In this document: positions 50,349-64,000 of the stretch, piece after piece
Numbering within the stretch: position 1 is the stretch's first letter
Layout: each line of letters opens with the position of its first letter
Assembly (NCBI GenBank): GCA_043228905.1
Contig: JBHGNT010000014.1
Coordinates: forward strand, 20,832,001 to 20,896,000
DNA length: 64,000 nt
Origin: Azolla caroliniana
Taxonomy: Eukaryota > Plantae > Polypodiophyta
Direction of reading: 5' to 3'
The notes under the pieces: generated by a model
The model's input: only the letters and a program-made list of their open reading frames with translations
Databases searched by the model: none
What the model was told of the DNA's origin: nothing
Program-made: the position numbers and the translations under genes

Positions 50349-53300
50349 AGTCTAAATCCGTTGACCCATTTACCCTGCACTTCGCCAGCAAGTGTCCCTA
50401 ACTGGTAGGATCCATTGAACTCGCGTGTGATCCAGTATGGTCCGGTCCATCTAAACCGTAGTTTGCCTGGCATTTTACCCATCCGGATCTGGAACACTAG
50501 TACCTACCGATTTCGAACATTTTCTCGTTTCCCTTTCGGTGTCGATCTACAAACGCTTTCCGTAGCCGTTGTTCCAATTCCAGGTGCATGATGCTCACCA
50601 GTCGGTGTTCCTCTATTTCACACAGAGCCTTTAACCGAATTGCCTCTGATTCTTTTTCATTGAGTCGTTCCCGAATCTGAATCCGTAAGCTCGGTACCTG
50701 GAATTCGATCGACATGACTGCCTCTAATCTGAATGCTAACCGAAACGACGTTGTTCGGATGCTTGTTTTGTACGTTGTCCGGTAAGCCCAGAGCGTACTG
50801 TGCAGCTTCGTGTCCCAATCTGTCTGATTTTCATTGACGATCTTGCGTAGGATATTCTGTAGCATTTTGTTTGTTGACTCCGCTAATCCGTTGGCTTGTG
50901 GGTAGTACGAGGTGCTTCGTTTATGTACTACCGCATAGAATGACGTCAAGCTCTCCACTACCTTTCCCAGAAAGTGCCCTCCTTGGTCGCTTATCAGCTC
51001 TATTGGGCATCCGTACCAGCACCAAATGCATTCTTATAAGAATTTTGTCGTTGATGCTGCGGTGTTATCTCGTAAGGCTTTGGCTTCCACCCATTTAGTG
51101 CAGTAGTCCGTCGCGACAATCACATACCGGTTGCCAGTTCTCATTGCCGGTGGTTTAAATGGTCCGACAAAATCCAGTCCCCATTTCTGAAATGGTTCTA
51201 GCGGTAGTACTGGCTGGTGCGGCATCCTAGCTTGTTCCGTTGGCTGGCCCATTCATTGGCATAGATCACACTCTTTTGCATACCGGACTACGTCCTTCAA
51301 TGTAGTCGTCCACCATAGGCCACTTTGCCATATCTTCCTAGCCATAACATCCCCGGCATATTGGCCTCCGGTGACTCCGCAGTGTGCTTCCCGTAGTATT
51401 ACCTCTTTCTCGTCGCTGCACACCGCTCGTCGACATATACCGTCCGCACCTTTGTGGTATAGCGTGTCCTGTAATAAACAGAAGTGTCAGCTTTGTACCA
51501 CCAGGCGCTTCCTCTCGTCCCGGTTCATCTTCTCCGGAGGCAATCCAGTGCTCAGAAATTGGTGCATATTCGTTAGCCACTTATCTTCTGGTGCCAACGT
51601 TTCATCTGTTTCCGTTTCTGCAGTGACTCGAAATAGCTCAGCATCCGGAAACTCGTCCAGTACTCCGTCGCCGGTTTCGCCGGAATCTAACTGGCTTAAA
51701 TAATCTGCTACCGCATGCTGTATGTCGAGTCGGTGGAATATCTCGAATTCGAACTCCTGCAACAGCAAAGTCCACCGGGCCAACTTACCGGTAAGTGACG
51801 CTTTGGACACTAGGTAGAGAAGTGACGAGTGATCTATATGGAAGGAAAACTTTCTTCCCAACAAATAGTGCCTAAATTTTTTTACGTTGTAGATCATGCC
51901 TAAAGCTTCCCTTTCCGTGGTGGAGTAGTTTCGTTCGGCTTGGGATAACTTCCGGCTTGCGTAATATACAGGCATGTACCATCTTGGCTCCGTAAGTTGC
52001 ATCACCGCACTCCCGATTGCAATGTCGGACGCATCCACGAACACATGAAATTCCTTCGCCCAATGGGGGGGTTGCACTATCGGCGCTTGCGACAATAGAA
52101 CTTTGAGTGCCCGGTACGCCTTATCTTCGGTGTCAGTCCACTAGAACAATGTTCGGTGTACCGCAACATGCAATGGTGTAGCTACGTCCGCGAAATACCA
52201 GAGCATTCGGCTATGCCAACGGATTTGTCTTAAGAAACGACTCAATGCCTTTGCCGTTTTTGGTGCTGGTGCCTCCCGGATCGCTTTTACTTTGTCCGGA
52301 TCCACGACAATGCCTTCCTTGCTCACAATATGCCCTAGTAGCGTTCCGCTGGACACTCCAAATACACACTTTGCTGGATTCAGGCTTAGCCGGTACACCC
52401 TACACTTCTCCAGACATAGTCTGAGGTGCTGCAAATGATCTTCTTCTCAGCTATAGACGGCGAAGTCGTCAAGGAACACCTGCATAAAAGCCGGAATGTA
52501 TTCGCCGAAGATCTCCATGATGATCCGTTGGAATGTTGCCGGTGCCGTTTTCAGTCCGAACATCATCACCACGGCAACAAACACTCCCCATTCGGTGACG
52601 AAAGCCGTTTTCTCTTGATCATCAGGGTGCATTCAGATCTGATTATACCTACTGAATCCGTCCAAGAAACTGTAGACTTCATGGCCGGCGACAGCATCCA
52701 AAACTCCATCCATAAACGGAAGTGGAAATGCATCTGTTACCGTTGCCGCATTGAGCTTCCGGTAGTCGACACAAACTCTAATTTTGCCGTTCTTCTTCGG
52801 TACGACTGCGATCGGGCTCAGCCATGTAGATTTCTTTACGGGACGGATGAAGCCAACCCTCAATAATTTGTCGATTTCCTCCTTTACTTTGGCGGCGTAG
52901 TTTGGGTTCATCCGGTACCGACGTTGTGCTACCGGCTTGGCGTCTTTGCTCAGATGTATCTGGTGCTGATACAACTGAGGATCCAGCCCTCTCACATCCT
53001 CGTAAGACCAGGCAAATACGTCGCGAAATTCGTTGAGGAGTGTAATTATCGCCGTTTTGTTCTCTGCATTCATTTCTTTGGTGACGTGCACCGGTTTTGC
53101 CTCCTCCGCCGTTCCTAGATTTACCTCTTCTAATTGAGACGCTTTTACGCCTCCTGCGCTTGTCGTAACTCCCAGATTGCTTCTCTATTCGGTCCTGCTT
53201 CGGTTCCGTCCGGTTGTAGTAAGTAGGGTGATACTGCTTTGGCGACGTCAATTTCGAATAGAGGTACAATCTTCGGGTTCTCCTGCAAGTACTGATCTTC

Positions 53301-56300
53301 TTCTTCGTCTGCTAATCCTTCCAGCATATTGACGCACTCCGCATATAACGGTGTTAGATCCTTGCCGGTGACCTTCCTTGGTTGTGTTGGTACCCGTACC
53401 TTCTCTTTTCCTCGCCGGAACGTAATCATATTCCTCCTCCAATTCTGCTTGATGTGTGTCGTCTTTAACCAAGGGCGTCCCAACAATAATGGGTACGCTC
53501 CTTGAGCCTGCAACTGGACAACTACGGCTGAGATTCGGAATGTGTGGCCCCCGTTGGTTACTTCTAAGTCCCGTATTAATCCTATCGGTCGCACCGAGCT
53601 TGTGTCCGCCATTTGGAGCCAAAACGGACATGGCTCCCACTCTTGGATTCCAAGCGCATCGCACGTCCGGAGGCTTATTACATTAACGTCGGAGCCTCCG
53701 TCTATTATCGTGCCGGGGAGTTCTTTCCCTTTCACAATGGCAGTAATTGTCAGACTGTTGGTGTCCACCACCACTGGTCCCTCCTCCGTATTTGAGAAGA
53801 ATGCCGGAGCCGGTGGTGTACCGCCTGTCGACATGCCAGGCTTGAGTCCTTCTGTGAATCTTGGTACTAGCTGCAAGAGTCGTCCTAACGACGGCGTGAT
53901 CTGGCATTCCTGCAATGCCTGCCATGTCGCGTTTTCGGACTGACTGCCATCGGCGAGCTCTTCGGTGTTCTCCTTTTGTTGCGCAAGTTCTGCTACGTTT
54001 CGCTCATTTGCTTTTTTCACCCATTCCGTTGCCTGTTTCCGGATGGCCTCTTATGTCTCCCATTTCGTCGTCTTGCCCTTCGACCTTGTGGTGACCTGTT
54101 GTAGGTCTGCGACTTTGGCGACTACCATGTTTACTACCGGTCGCTTATCATAGCTCTTTGCCGGACATTGATTATTATAATGTCCTTGTTGCCGGCAATA
54201 ATAGCAATATGCTTTCTGAGTATTGCTGGATTCGGCATTGTTTCCTGTACCCGACGGAGGACCTGTGGTAACCGTGGGGCTCTAGTTCGGTTGGCTGCTT
54301 GAGGCGCCTTTTTCCGGTTCACGTGGGTGGCTCCCGTTTTTGAAATGCCGTTTTTTATTAAAGTTCTTTTTGTTGCGGTACCCTTGCCGGGGTTGGTCGT
54401 CATACCTCCAGTACTCTTCCCATCGTTGGTGATACCCGGGGGAGTGATCCTGGTTGTGATGCTCGTACCGCCCATTGTAATCTCGGTACTTGTCATATCT
54501 CTTGTACTGGTCATAGTTGTCTCGCTGATCGTCATACCAGACATCCTGTGCCGGTCAATTTCGCTCCTCTCGCCGCCATCATACGTCTTCTTCGTCTCAG
54601 CTGCTACGTGGCTCGATTTGCCGGACTGCTGGTGCTTGCCGATTCAATAAGTTATATTCACACCGGTCCATCGTGTGGCTCGTAGATTGGCAGAGTAAGC
54701 AGTGCGTCCGCATGGTGCACTCCAGTGACGAGTGTCCGGAATTTAAGCAGGTCGTGCATTGGATTGCCTACCAGAAACGGAGATCTTCATCGGTTGGTAA
54801 TGCTCGTTGGAGGGCTCCCATTGTTAACCAAGAGCTCGTTTTCTCCATTTCTCTAACCCGGTCGATGACCTGGTCGATGGTGCTTGTGCGAAAGTCGATG
54901 ACCGTGCATACCGTTCGTAGAGGTTCCCGGAGCGCGATTAAGAATATAGCCCGTGTTTCTTCCTCCGGAGGTGCGCGGGTAAGTTGACTGTGCATCCGTT
55001 GAAACCGGATGACAAACTGCGGAATACTCTCCCCGGGGTCCTGCCGAATGGTATAAAATAGGCCCACCTTTCTCTTTGGTCCACCTCCTTCTGAAAGAAG
55101 TGCAAGAATTTATCTTTCAGTTCCGCAAAGGTGGTGATGGTGCTGCGATCCTGCGTCCGGTGCCATCTGGCGGCCGGTCCTTCTAATGTCACGCCGAATT
55201 CGGCTATCTTAGATCGTTCCTCTTCTGCCGCGGTTAACCGTTGTGACACATGGTTCGCCTCCCATGTGTCTTGAAAACCATGAACATGAGCCTCCGCATC
55301 CGGATCATCCCTATACTTGGAGTACTGGAACGACATGTCGTCGTCCGGTGTCGGTACACGAGCTGGTGGTGTCGGTGGTCTTTCCTGTTGTTCCGTCGGC
55401 GTCAGAGGTCTTTGTCGGTCTTCCTTTGGTGTTGTCGTCTCGAATTTCGGTGTTGGAGGTTTTTGCCGGTCTTTTTCCGTCTCCAGAGGTTGCTCCACGT
55501 CTAGTGCCGAAGGTTCCCGGTCTGCCAACTCTGGTTCTGGTGTCGGTAATGTATCTGACTCCTCGTCCTCTGGTCCTCCTGGGGTGTCATTACTGCTGCG
55601 ATAGTTCGTGTGCACGTTGTAACCCCTTTCCGAATCCGATTCCAGCGCTGAAAATGCTTCAGATTCTCCGTCTCTTCCGGCCAAGGCCTGGAGAAGGGTT
55701 TCTGCTTCCCGGAGACTGCTTAAGTTGCTTCCTTCGTACGGGTAGGCATTTTGTTGCAAACGGAGCGACTCCTCTGCCACTTTCCAGATCACTTTGGAAA
55801 ATGATCGATCTGTTCGGATTTCTTCCGCTGCTTGCTGGAAAGCCTCTCGCCGCCTTCTCCGTTCAGCATGTCTTCGTGCTCTCTCCGTAATCGGGTCGTT
55901 TGTTGGCCTAGTCATCCATTCATGCTGTTGTTCACATGCGATTGTGCAGGAATCGTGGTCGCCAAAAACTATGTTAATCCTAGGACCGGACAACAACCTA
56001 ACATAGGGTGTCCAGTTAAGACACTTCACCAAAGGGTGGTACGGCAGAATGACTTACGGCACAACGCTTAATTAGACCTTAATCGATTTCTTAGCAACAC
56101 ATCATTAACACACGCAAGATACAACAATAAGCACATAACGGTAATCAACACTGAAAGATTAAAGCAATAAGTTCTATTAATTATCCGCTCTTGATTACAT
56201 TGTAACCGGGCCTTTATATAGGTCCCCGGTGCGAAATACAAAACGGTGCCAACCGGCACCTTTTCGGATTCGATCCGGATCCGGATCGGCATACCGATTC

Positions 56301-59300
56301 CGGTCCGTCCGTCCACATCTACTCATATGTTACTATATATTTTAAGACTACTAATTACAACAGTCCCCGAATAAACTATTCCTTTTCACACTCTGGTTTG
56401 GACCTCCTTAAGCCTTCTTGCCAGTCAGTAACACCACTAACCGGGCCTTGTACCGGTTAACTGTACCGTTGGCATTGTACTTTACCTTGTACACCCACTT
56501 GCATCCGATCGGTTTACAGTGACGGGGAGGGTCAACCAGGTCCCAAGTTCCGTTGGCATCAAGTGCCCACATTTCTTCCTCCATAGCGGCACGCCAATTT
56601 GCGTCCTTTGCCGCTTCTGCGTAGCTCTTCGGCTCACGAACTTCCGCAACCTTGGTCATTTACGCATAATGTGCGCCATGTACTCGTTATACCCGTACCG
56701 TTTAACGGGATCCTTCAGGCGGGTGGACCGACGTAACTCACCGTTACCCGGTATGAGACCCTTCTTGATCGGTTCGGTCTTCGTTCCCGAAGATCTGCCT
56801 GTGTCCTTGCCGAAGTCAGATACGCACCGATCCGACTCATCATTGCCGGTCTCGAATTCCAGCATCTTCGGCTTCCCTTTCTCTTTGCGTGTGAACCGTC
56901 TCCTCGGTTCCTTGCGCGGGGAGAGCACGACAGAGTCTCCACTACTCGCCGTCTCATCATCCGACTGGTTGGACTGATCCAGTCTCTCATTCGGTTCGCT
57001 TAACCGGAATGATTCCGGACTCTCATCTTGAGTCCCGGCTTCATCTTTCTCTACCTGGGCCGGTTCAAGCTCACTAGCCCCATCCTCCGACATCGGGTCG
57101 GGATCGGAAGTCGGAGTTGGTAAGGAATACCACGATGTTGATTCATCAAACTCGACATCTCGGCTGACTCAGACCTGCTTCATCTGGGGGTTATAACACT
57201 TTACCCCTTTTGCTCTTGAGCATAGCCAACTAGGATGCATTTTTTCCGATTTTGGATCCAGCTTTCTCCGCTTCTCATCTGGCACATGTACATAGGCTAT
57301 GCTGCTGAATATCCGGAGGTGTCTCAAATTTGGCTTGCGCCCGAAATACAGCTCGTGAGCTGACACCTTGTCCCCAATCCGGTTCTGGATGTAAACGGCC
57401 GTTTGGACCGCCTCCGCCCATTAGAACTTGGGCATGCTCTTTTCCTCCAGCATTGCCCTAGCTGTGTCAATCAGCGACCGATTCTTCCTTTCGGCCACAC
57501 CGTTCTGTTGCGGTGTGTATCTACAGCTGAATTCTCACCGAATTCCTTTTTGTTGCAGATAACTATTGAATTGGCCAGAAAAGTACTCTTTTCTGCCATC
57601 CGACCATAGGCATTTGATCTTCCTCTCTGATTCCCGTTCCACCATCTTCTGGAGGCTCTGGAAACACTCGAAGACTTCGCTCTTCCGCTCAATGAGGTAG
57701 ATCCACGTATGCCGCGTGTAGTCGTCGATGAAGGAGATGAAATATCGACTCCCGCCAACGCTAACATTTTGTGCCGGTCCCCACACATCCGAATGGATAA
57801 GATCAAGCTTGTTACGGCTTCAATTTCTTTCGGTGGGGAATGAAAGCCGGTGTTGCTTCCCAGGTTGGCAGGCTTTACAAATCTGGACTCTCCAGCAGCT
57901 AAACTTCGGCAAACCGAAAACGACTTGTTCCGTTTGCAGGTCTTGAAGCCTCCGGTAGTTGACGTGGTCGATCCGCTTGTGCCACAGGTCGATATCCGAC
58001 TCGACCTTCTATCCTTTGGCGAACAGTGTGGTGCCGACGTCATTGGTGTTGAGGATAAACATCTTCCCATCTCTGCGCCCTTGCGCAATAACTTCGCCCT
58101 CATCCTCAATGAAGCACCCGAGGTGCATAAACCGCACCTACATCCCTTGGTCAACGATCTGTCCGACCGACACCAGGTTCTTCGTGATCGTCGGAACATG
58201 TAATACATTCATTAGCTTCCCGCTCTGTCCGACGTGGCTCAAAGGGACTTCTCCGACGTGCACGATCGGGTGGGGAGTGTCGTCTCCGGTTTCGACAACT
58301 CCCGGTTGATTCGGCTTCTCCAAAAAGGAGAACCACTCCTCATGGCTCGTCATGTGGTTCGATGCGCCGGAGTCAACGTACCACACTTCCTCCGATTTGG
58401 AAGTGGTCTTCTTCATTGAATTTGCCTTGTGCTTCATCACCAAAGTTGGCCCCTTACCGTTCTTGGATCCTCCCGATCCGTTTGCTTAGTGCGAGCTTTG
58501 TCGGCCTTCCTTACCGGTTTTGCCGGATCCGGATTTGTCCGAATCGGCACGCTTTCTCCAACACTTCGCTTTCCCTGTGGCCCTTTTAACCACAGTACCA
58601 ACATTTCGTAGCGGATTTGTCTTGCCGGCCTCCGGCACCACCTTGACTCCCTCTGCTTGTGGAAGTCCCAGAACTGTTGTCGGCATGCTCACTGTGCCTT
58701 CGTTCCTGCTCTTGCCGGCCGCCTCCATTGCATGCCAACCTACCTCGTCCACCACGCCCGCGGGACCGATCCACTCCCGTGTACAGCATCCGGCTATCTG
58801 GGGATGCACTGGTAGATGCACCGGCGTGGTTCTCCTCTACAAGGAGCATCGACTGTAAGTCGAAAAATGAGGGCGTATTCTCCCTTGTACAAACCGCAGT
58901 CTGGAAAGCTCCGAACTTGGATGCCAGGCCTCTAAGACAGACCTGCACCATCTTGTCTTCCTCTACGGTGACGTTAATAGAGGCAAGCGAGTCACAGATC
59001 CCTTTGATCCAGGCTGTGTAATCTGCCACCGACATGTTCTTCTGTCGAACATTGCTCAACTCTTGTCTGAGTTGCAGCTTCCGGGCAGTGTTGCTTGCGG
59101 CGAAAACCTTTTTCAAGTTTCCCCAAACATCCTTCGGTGTCTTGGCGTCACGGATTTGGCTGAGCAGCTGGTCACCGACACTGGATGCGAAGCAGTACAT
59201 CACCCTGCTTGCCGCATGTTCCACACTGGGAAGTCCTTGTGTGTCGTCTCCGGTGCTGAGTCGTTCACTCCGTCGACATAACTCTAGTAGCCATGCCCAA

Positions 59301-62300
59301 GAAGGTACTGATGCATCTTGTATGATCAAGATGCGTAGTTGGTTTTGTCGAGCTCCTCCACCGGGAGCGACTTAGCCATACCTCTGTCCATTTCTCCTTT
59401 GTGTCTGCTTTCCGATCTGTTAGGGTTTCCTTCACAAGCGTAGATGTCTGCAGCAGAGGTTCTCAACCCACGTGCTCTGATACCATGTAAAAGATTGCTT
59501 GCGGAAGCGTTAGAAAGAACAATACACAAAGAGAGAGAGAGAGAGAGAGCAGGACACACTATTCTTCAAAATTATATGAATACTCTGTGCTCTGTTTTTT
59601 TCTACAACGCGCTCATCAGCGCGATTTATACAAGTCCACACGGGACTGTTAGAAGTACGGTGTACTTCAATGCCCACACGAGCATCTGACACTAACTACA
59701 AGACTATAATTGCCTAGTAGTCTAACCTATACTAGGCTTCCAGTTACGGATTGGATCCGGCATACCAGCTCCCCAGCTCACCGGTCCTTACTGCTTACCG
59801 GCTCGGTTGCTCACCGACATACCGATTCATCTCGCTTACCAGCTCAGGCGTATTCAGCCGATCCGGCTCCGGTTGAGCTTCCCGCTCAACAACAACTCAT
59901 CAGGAGTTTCATCTACCTCACGATCACACGACCCAATCTCGGTTATCCGGTCGGTCTCCTTAGCCAATTCATGCAAACACCGCATGATACTCACTTGGAT
60001 TGCGTTAAGCGAGTTCTACGCTACGTGAGAGGCACAATGGATTGCGGCATCCTCTACAAGACCGCGATGCCAATATGACTCTAGGGGTACACAGACGCCG
60101 ATTGGGCCGGCTACAAAGCCGATAGAAGATCAACCTCCGGATTTGTTTTCTCCCTCGATAGCGGAGCAATATCCTGGAGTAGCAAGAAGCAGCCTACCGT
60201 CGCTCTTTTGAGTACGGAGGCGGAATATAGGGGCGCAGACGTAGCTGCATGTGAAGCTGTATGGCTTAAGAGGATTTTGAAGGATTTGGGCGTTCCCATC
60301 AAGGATCCGACTCCCCTTTACTGCGACAACATGAGCAGTATTTATCTGGCTCAAAACCCGGTGTTCCACGCGCAGACAAAGCACATCGAAGTGCACTATC
60401 ACTTCATCTGAGAGCGCGTTTTCGCTGGCGATGTCGACCTACAACACATTAGCATCAATCTTCAAACGATTGACATCTTCACTAAAGCCTTAGGAGCCGA
60501 CAAGCTATGGCAATTCATGACCGATCTCAGATTGACGATCCCTAACCTGCCAAGCTTGAGGGGGAGTATTGAAGACACTATTCAATAACGCGTAGATTCC
60601 GCAACCGCGCACTACGCAATAACGCGTGGATTCTGCAACCACGCAACGAAGCCGCGAAGAAAGACGCAAGCCGAAGCACAGACTTAGCAACTACGCACAA
60701 CGCAAGTTGGAGCACGGATTCCGCAACCCCGTATAAAGCGAGTCGACGTGGACTCCGGAACACGACTTGAAGCGGATTTCGGATACCGTCTAAAACGACC
60801 CGACTTGAGCTTGAGGGGGCGTGTTGAGAATCAAGCTCAATTTGTTCTAGTGTGTGAACTCACCTCGAGAGTGAAGAGACACTCCAATGGTCAAGAGTCA
60901 CCATTATGTCACCACTTTGTATTCTAGCATTTAGTATGAGTCATAGAATCATATTCTATGACACATAACTTATGAGCTTTCACATTCCCCATGCTCCATG
61001 AGTCTTGTGGTTAATGAAGAGAGAGGGTGAACACGTAAAGCACCCTCCTCCCACCTTGTATAATGTTGAGTCTTTCTCCTTTGTCAATATACTTTTACCT
61101 TGCGTATTCTCTGTGTTTCTCTCTCTCTCTCTCTTTCTCTTACACACACACATAACTCACATCTCTTCCGCTTCACAAGAATCCATCTCTTGATTCTTTA
61201 CAGATTTCATAGTTGGATTACCTCGTTCCATTGAGGGAAATAATGCCATTTGGGTAGTTGTTGATCGGCTTACCAAGATGGCAAGATTCATTCCAACAAA
61301 ATCCATAATTACCGCAAAACAATTGGCTATTAAGTTTATTAAACATTTTTATAGCTTATATGGTCTATCGATGGAGATTGTAAGTGATCGAGACTCCAAG
61401 TTTACAAGTACATTTTGGTCAGAAGTTATCCGAAAACTGCAAACAACCTTGAGTCTCGGTTCTTCTAATCATCCTCAGTCAGATGGGCAGACCGAGAGAG
61501 TGAATTAGATATTAGAGGATATGTTGAGAGCATATGTAGCGCAAAAACCCTCATTATGGGAGACTTACCTTCCTATGGTGGAATTTTCCTACAATAGAGC
61601 TAAGCATACATCAACAAAATACAGTCCGTTCATGTTGACGTATGGTTATACGCCACATCCTCCTATTGATGTTTCGTTTGACTTGCATACTTTGGATAAT
61701 ACAAAGGATTTTCTGTCTAATATGCTTGAAGCACGTAAATTGGCATAAGAAACCTTAAGATGGCACAGGACAGAAACGTCTTTTATGCGAATCATGATAG
61801 AAAACCGAGGGAATTTCATGTAGGACAACAAGTTTTTCTACGGGTTCCTAAGGACTCAGAAACATTGAGAACAGGACTGTATGCAAAATTAGCCCCAAGG
61901 TATTGTGAACCATATAAAGTTTTAAAACGTATAAGTCCCAATGCTTATTGTTTGGATTTGCCTTCCAATGTGATGGTTCATCCCAAATTCCACGTGAGTC
62001 GATTAAAGGAGGCGATTGGTTATGATGATAATGTCGTAACACCGTCTAATTTATCGATATTAGAGGATGGTCATTTTTCTCCACATGAACCTGAGAAAAT
62101 CCTCGACCATAGGTGTAGAAACCTAAGGTCAAAGGTTGTTCATCGCTACAAGGTTAAGTGGAAGGATAGATTGGAAGAAGACAGCACATGGGAAACCGAA
62201 GAGACATTACGCAAACATTTTCCTAACTTCCCATTGCAAGAGTGCAATTAAATGGAGGGGGGGAGTATGTAATGTTCATTTGTTTAGACGTGCTTAGGGG

Positions 62301-63270
62301 GCTATCATACTGTAATATTTGAGTCGTCGGCTTTATTGGACAGACCCAATGTGTGTCATAGGGTACCCTGCACATGATTGGTCAGGTAGATGTCATTTCA
62401 TGGCCTAGGTCCTATAAACAGGGGAGACTCTCCTTGGTTAAGGGGGCCCCATGAGTGGTTTAGACGAAGCTCTCTTTGATGTGGACTTGTCATCTACCAA
62501 GGTCCTGACGTGGAGATCCTAGCTGGTATGGGACAGATCGGAATTCCTCGTCTGCGTGTCGACTCTGGCGCGGGGGCGGATGGGTGGTAACGCATATTTT
62601 CAGTATGATTGTGTCATTTATATCTTTATTTTAGAATTGATGATCTTGGTTATTACACTACGTCTATGTATTTCTATTACTTAGAGCCTTTAGGATCAAA
62701 GCCATAAACAAATGTACTTGTGTTGACATCAAATCAACACAAAATTATCAAAGCTTTTACAAGCTACGTAAACTCTTGCGCCAATACTACTTCATACGCT
62801 CTTGACATTGGAATAATACCCTCATGAGAAAAATGATCAAGAAATGTAATCGTATCAACCAAATCTCCCATCAATGCCAAAAAATCCATGCATCCAACGA
62901 ACTTGAACAACTCCGTTGTTTCAAAAGGAAACATGAAACACCAAACATGAGCCATTACTACTACTCGTGTTGGGAGAACCCCACACGAGCAAAGCACAGT
63001 AAACGACACACATGCCTCATCAAAAACCCCCACAAGAGTCAAGAAGGAAGGCATCCAAAACCCACACATATGTATGGTATGGGAGATTCTGGCTTTGCAT
63101 AAGAGAGGCAAAGAAAGCTCTTAGAAATTGAAGGGCCATCCATCAGATTCATATCATAAATGTATGTATACACACATGGCCGGAGCTGTGTTTTAAACTA
63201 AAATACGTGCAATAATACAGAAACATCAACACGGAAATAGAATCAACACACACACACACACACTCGTTTG

Positions 63271-63310
<40 letters not shown>

Positions 63311-63372
63311 GCATATGTACATAATTGCAGCTCTACATACAACAAAAACAAACAGTTCCCATTCCTTCTTTA

Positions 63373-63406
<34 letters not shown>

Positions 63407-63489
63407 ATCAAAAGATAAGAAGATTCTTCTTATCTCTGCCTGCCCCTGACCTAAAAAACAACCTAAGCGAAAATAATCTGAAGGTCGCC

Positions 63490-63786
63490 ATGGCTGCTGC
63501 TTCTGCTGCTGCTGCTGCTGCGTCTTCTGCTTGCCGTTTTGCTTCTTCAACAGCCTCTTCTGCTGTGTTTCGTCCATCTCTGCATCTTCCCTCTTCTTCG
63601 AAGCTCTCTTTTTCTCATGTTGTCTCTGAGTCTTTCCTCCTCTCTTCCCCATCTCTTCTTCGCGCCCGCGGATCAGCGAAAACATCCATGGCGGTGACCA
63701 CGACTCAGACCAAACGTGGTGTTGATGTCCAGTTCGAGAGTAAGGTCTTCAAGAAGGAGAAAATTACCCTCGCTGGACGTGATGAG
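63490..63786 (+). CDS. KARI: Ketol-acid reductoisomerase, plastid (exon 1)
   Basis: Ala/Ser-rich transit peptide, then FESKVFKKEKITLAGRDE|GT, matching the plant KARI N-terminus (FETSVFKKEKV.LAG..EYIVRGGR). Confidence 0.88.
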
Positions 63787-64000
63787 GTAAAGAAGCAACG
63801 ATTTCTCTTCAAAAAAAGTTTCTCCTGCTCGTTTGTTTCTTTTCTTTCATCCTATTTCCTGCCACAGTCTAGTGCCATTCCTTTGTTTGGTAGATGAAGC
63901 TCGTTCAAAGGTAAATAACAAGAAACTATTTCTCTAACCTCGTTCTTCTTTTCTAATTTTGATTCATGTCGCTGTCTAGTCACGTGTCTCTGATTGGTGG

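Larger units (their letters stand above)
38341..56433 (-). mobile_element. Ty3/gypsy element F, non-chromovirus (Athila/Tat-like) with extra 3' ORFs
   Basis: 462-bp LTRs 38341-38802 and 55972-56433, TSD CCACT, PBS TGGCGACCAC 55964-55955. gag, PR (IIDGGSDVN), RT (VFLDDF), RH (VDASD) and IN (WTGPY) in ~50020-55920, interrupted by stops. Confidence 0.92.
35865..59891 (-). mobile_element. Ty1/copia element E (full domain set, decayed; close relative of B)
   Basis: LTRs 35865-36272 and 59486-59891, PBS 59474-59485, PPT 36273-36283, eroded TSD GCAAT/ACAAC. gag-PR-IN-RT start in 56434-59400; RT-RNase H ORF 36411-38339. Confidence 0.9.
17824..61202 (+). mobile_element. Ty1/copia element A (decayed; host of B, D and E)
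   Basis: LTRs 17824-18216 and 60822-61202, TSD GATTT on both sides, PBS TGGTATCAGAGC (tRNA-iMet) at 18217, PPT 60811-60821. Coding pieces at 22878-24705 (duplicated 28012-29839), 34096-35864 and 59892-60570, with stops and frameshifts. Confidence 0.92.
17212..62657 (+). mobile_element. 5'-truncated Ty3/gypsy chromovirus; outermost element, split by copia A
   Basis: 17212-17823: RNase H end (WAELMQYFDFEIRYRKG..DALSR) and integrase HHCC up to 'ISMDF'. Resumes at 61203 'FIVGLPR' with IN core and chromodomain (PEKILDHR..YKVKWK..DSTWE). PPT 62254-62265; 3' LTR 62268-62657 (TGTAAT..ATTACA). No matching 5' LTR found. Confidence 0.85.

Noticed and set aside
62700-63120. ORFs of 92 and 115 aa upstream of KARI
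   Set aside because: No recognisable motif; cannot support a call.

Overview
Land-plant nuclear DNA (fern-like; taxon is an inference). Host genes: the 5' end of a minus-strand gene with a plastid-transit-peptide-like N-terminus (349->edge), a multi-exon MAPKBP1/WDR62-like WD40 gene (14745->4427), and exon 1 of plastid ketol-acid reductoisomerase (63490->). Between the last two lies a ~46-kb retroelement nest that I resolved by LTRs, PBS/PPT and target-site duplications (TSDs). A chromovirus is split by copia A (17824-61202). Copia A holds copia B (itself carrying solo LTR C), copia D and copia E. E holds gypsy F, and F holds an intact young gypsy G. Top findings: (1) gypsy F has no polypurine tract; a CCA-ending tRNA-Arg-like module sits 2 nt before its 3' LTR, in addition to a normal PBS. 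(2) A Penelope-like retroelement with an open RT frame and a minimal hammerhead ribozyme is flanked by a near-perfect 3.0-kb direct duplication. (3) Gypsy G has a tRNA-Trp PBS, a 4-bp TSD and a GGAUUUU -1 frameshift signal placed after the protease. All calls are by eye; tRNA comparisons use remembered plant tRNA sequences and need database confirmation.
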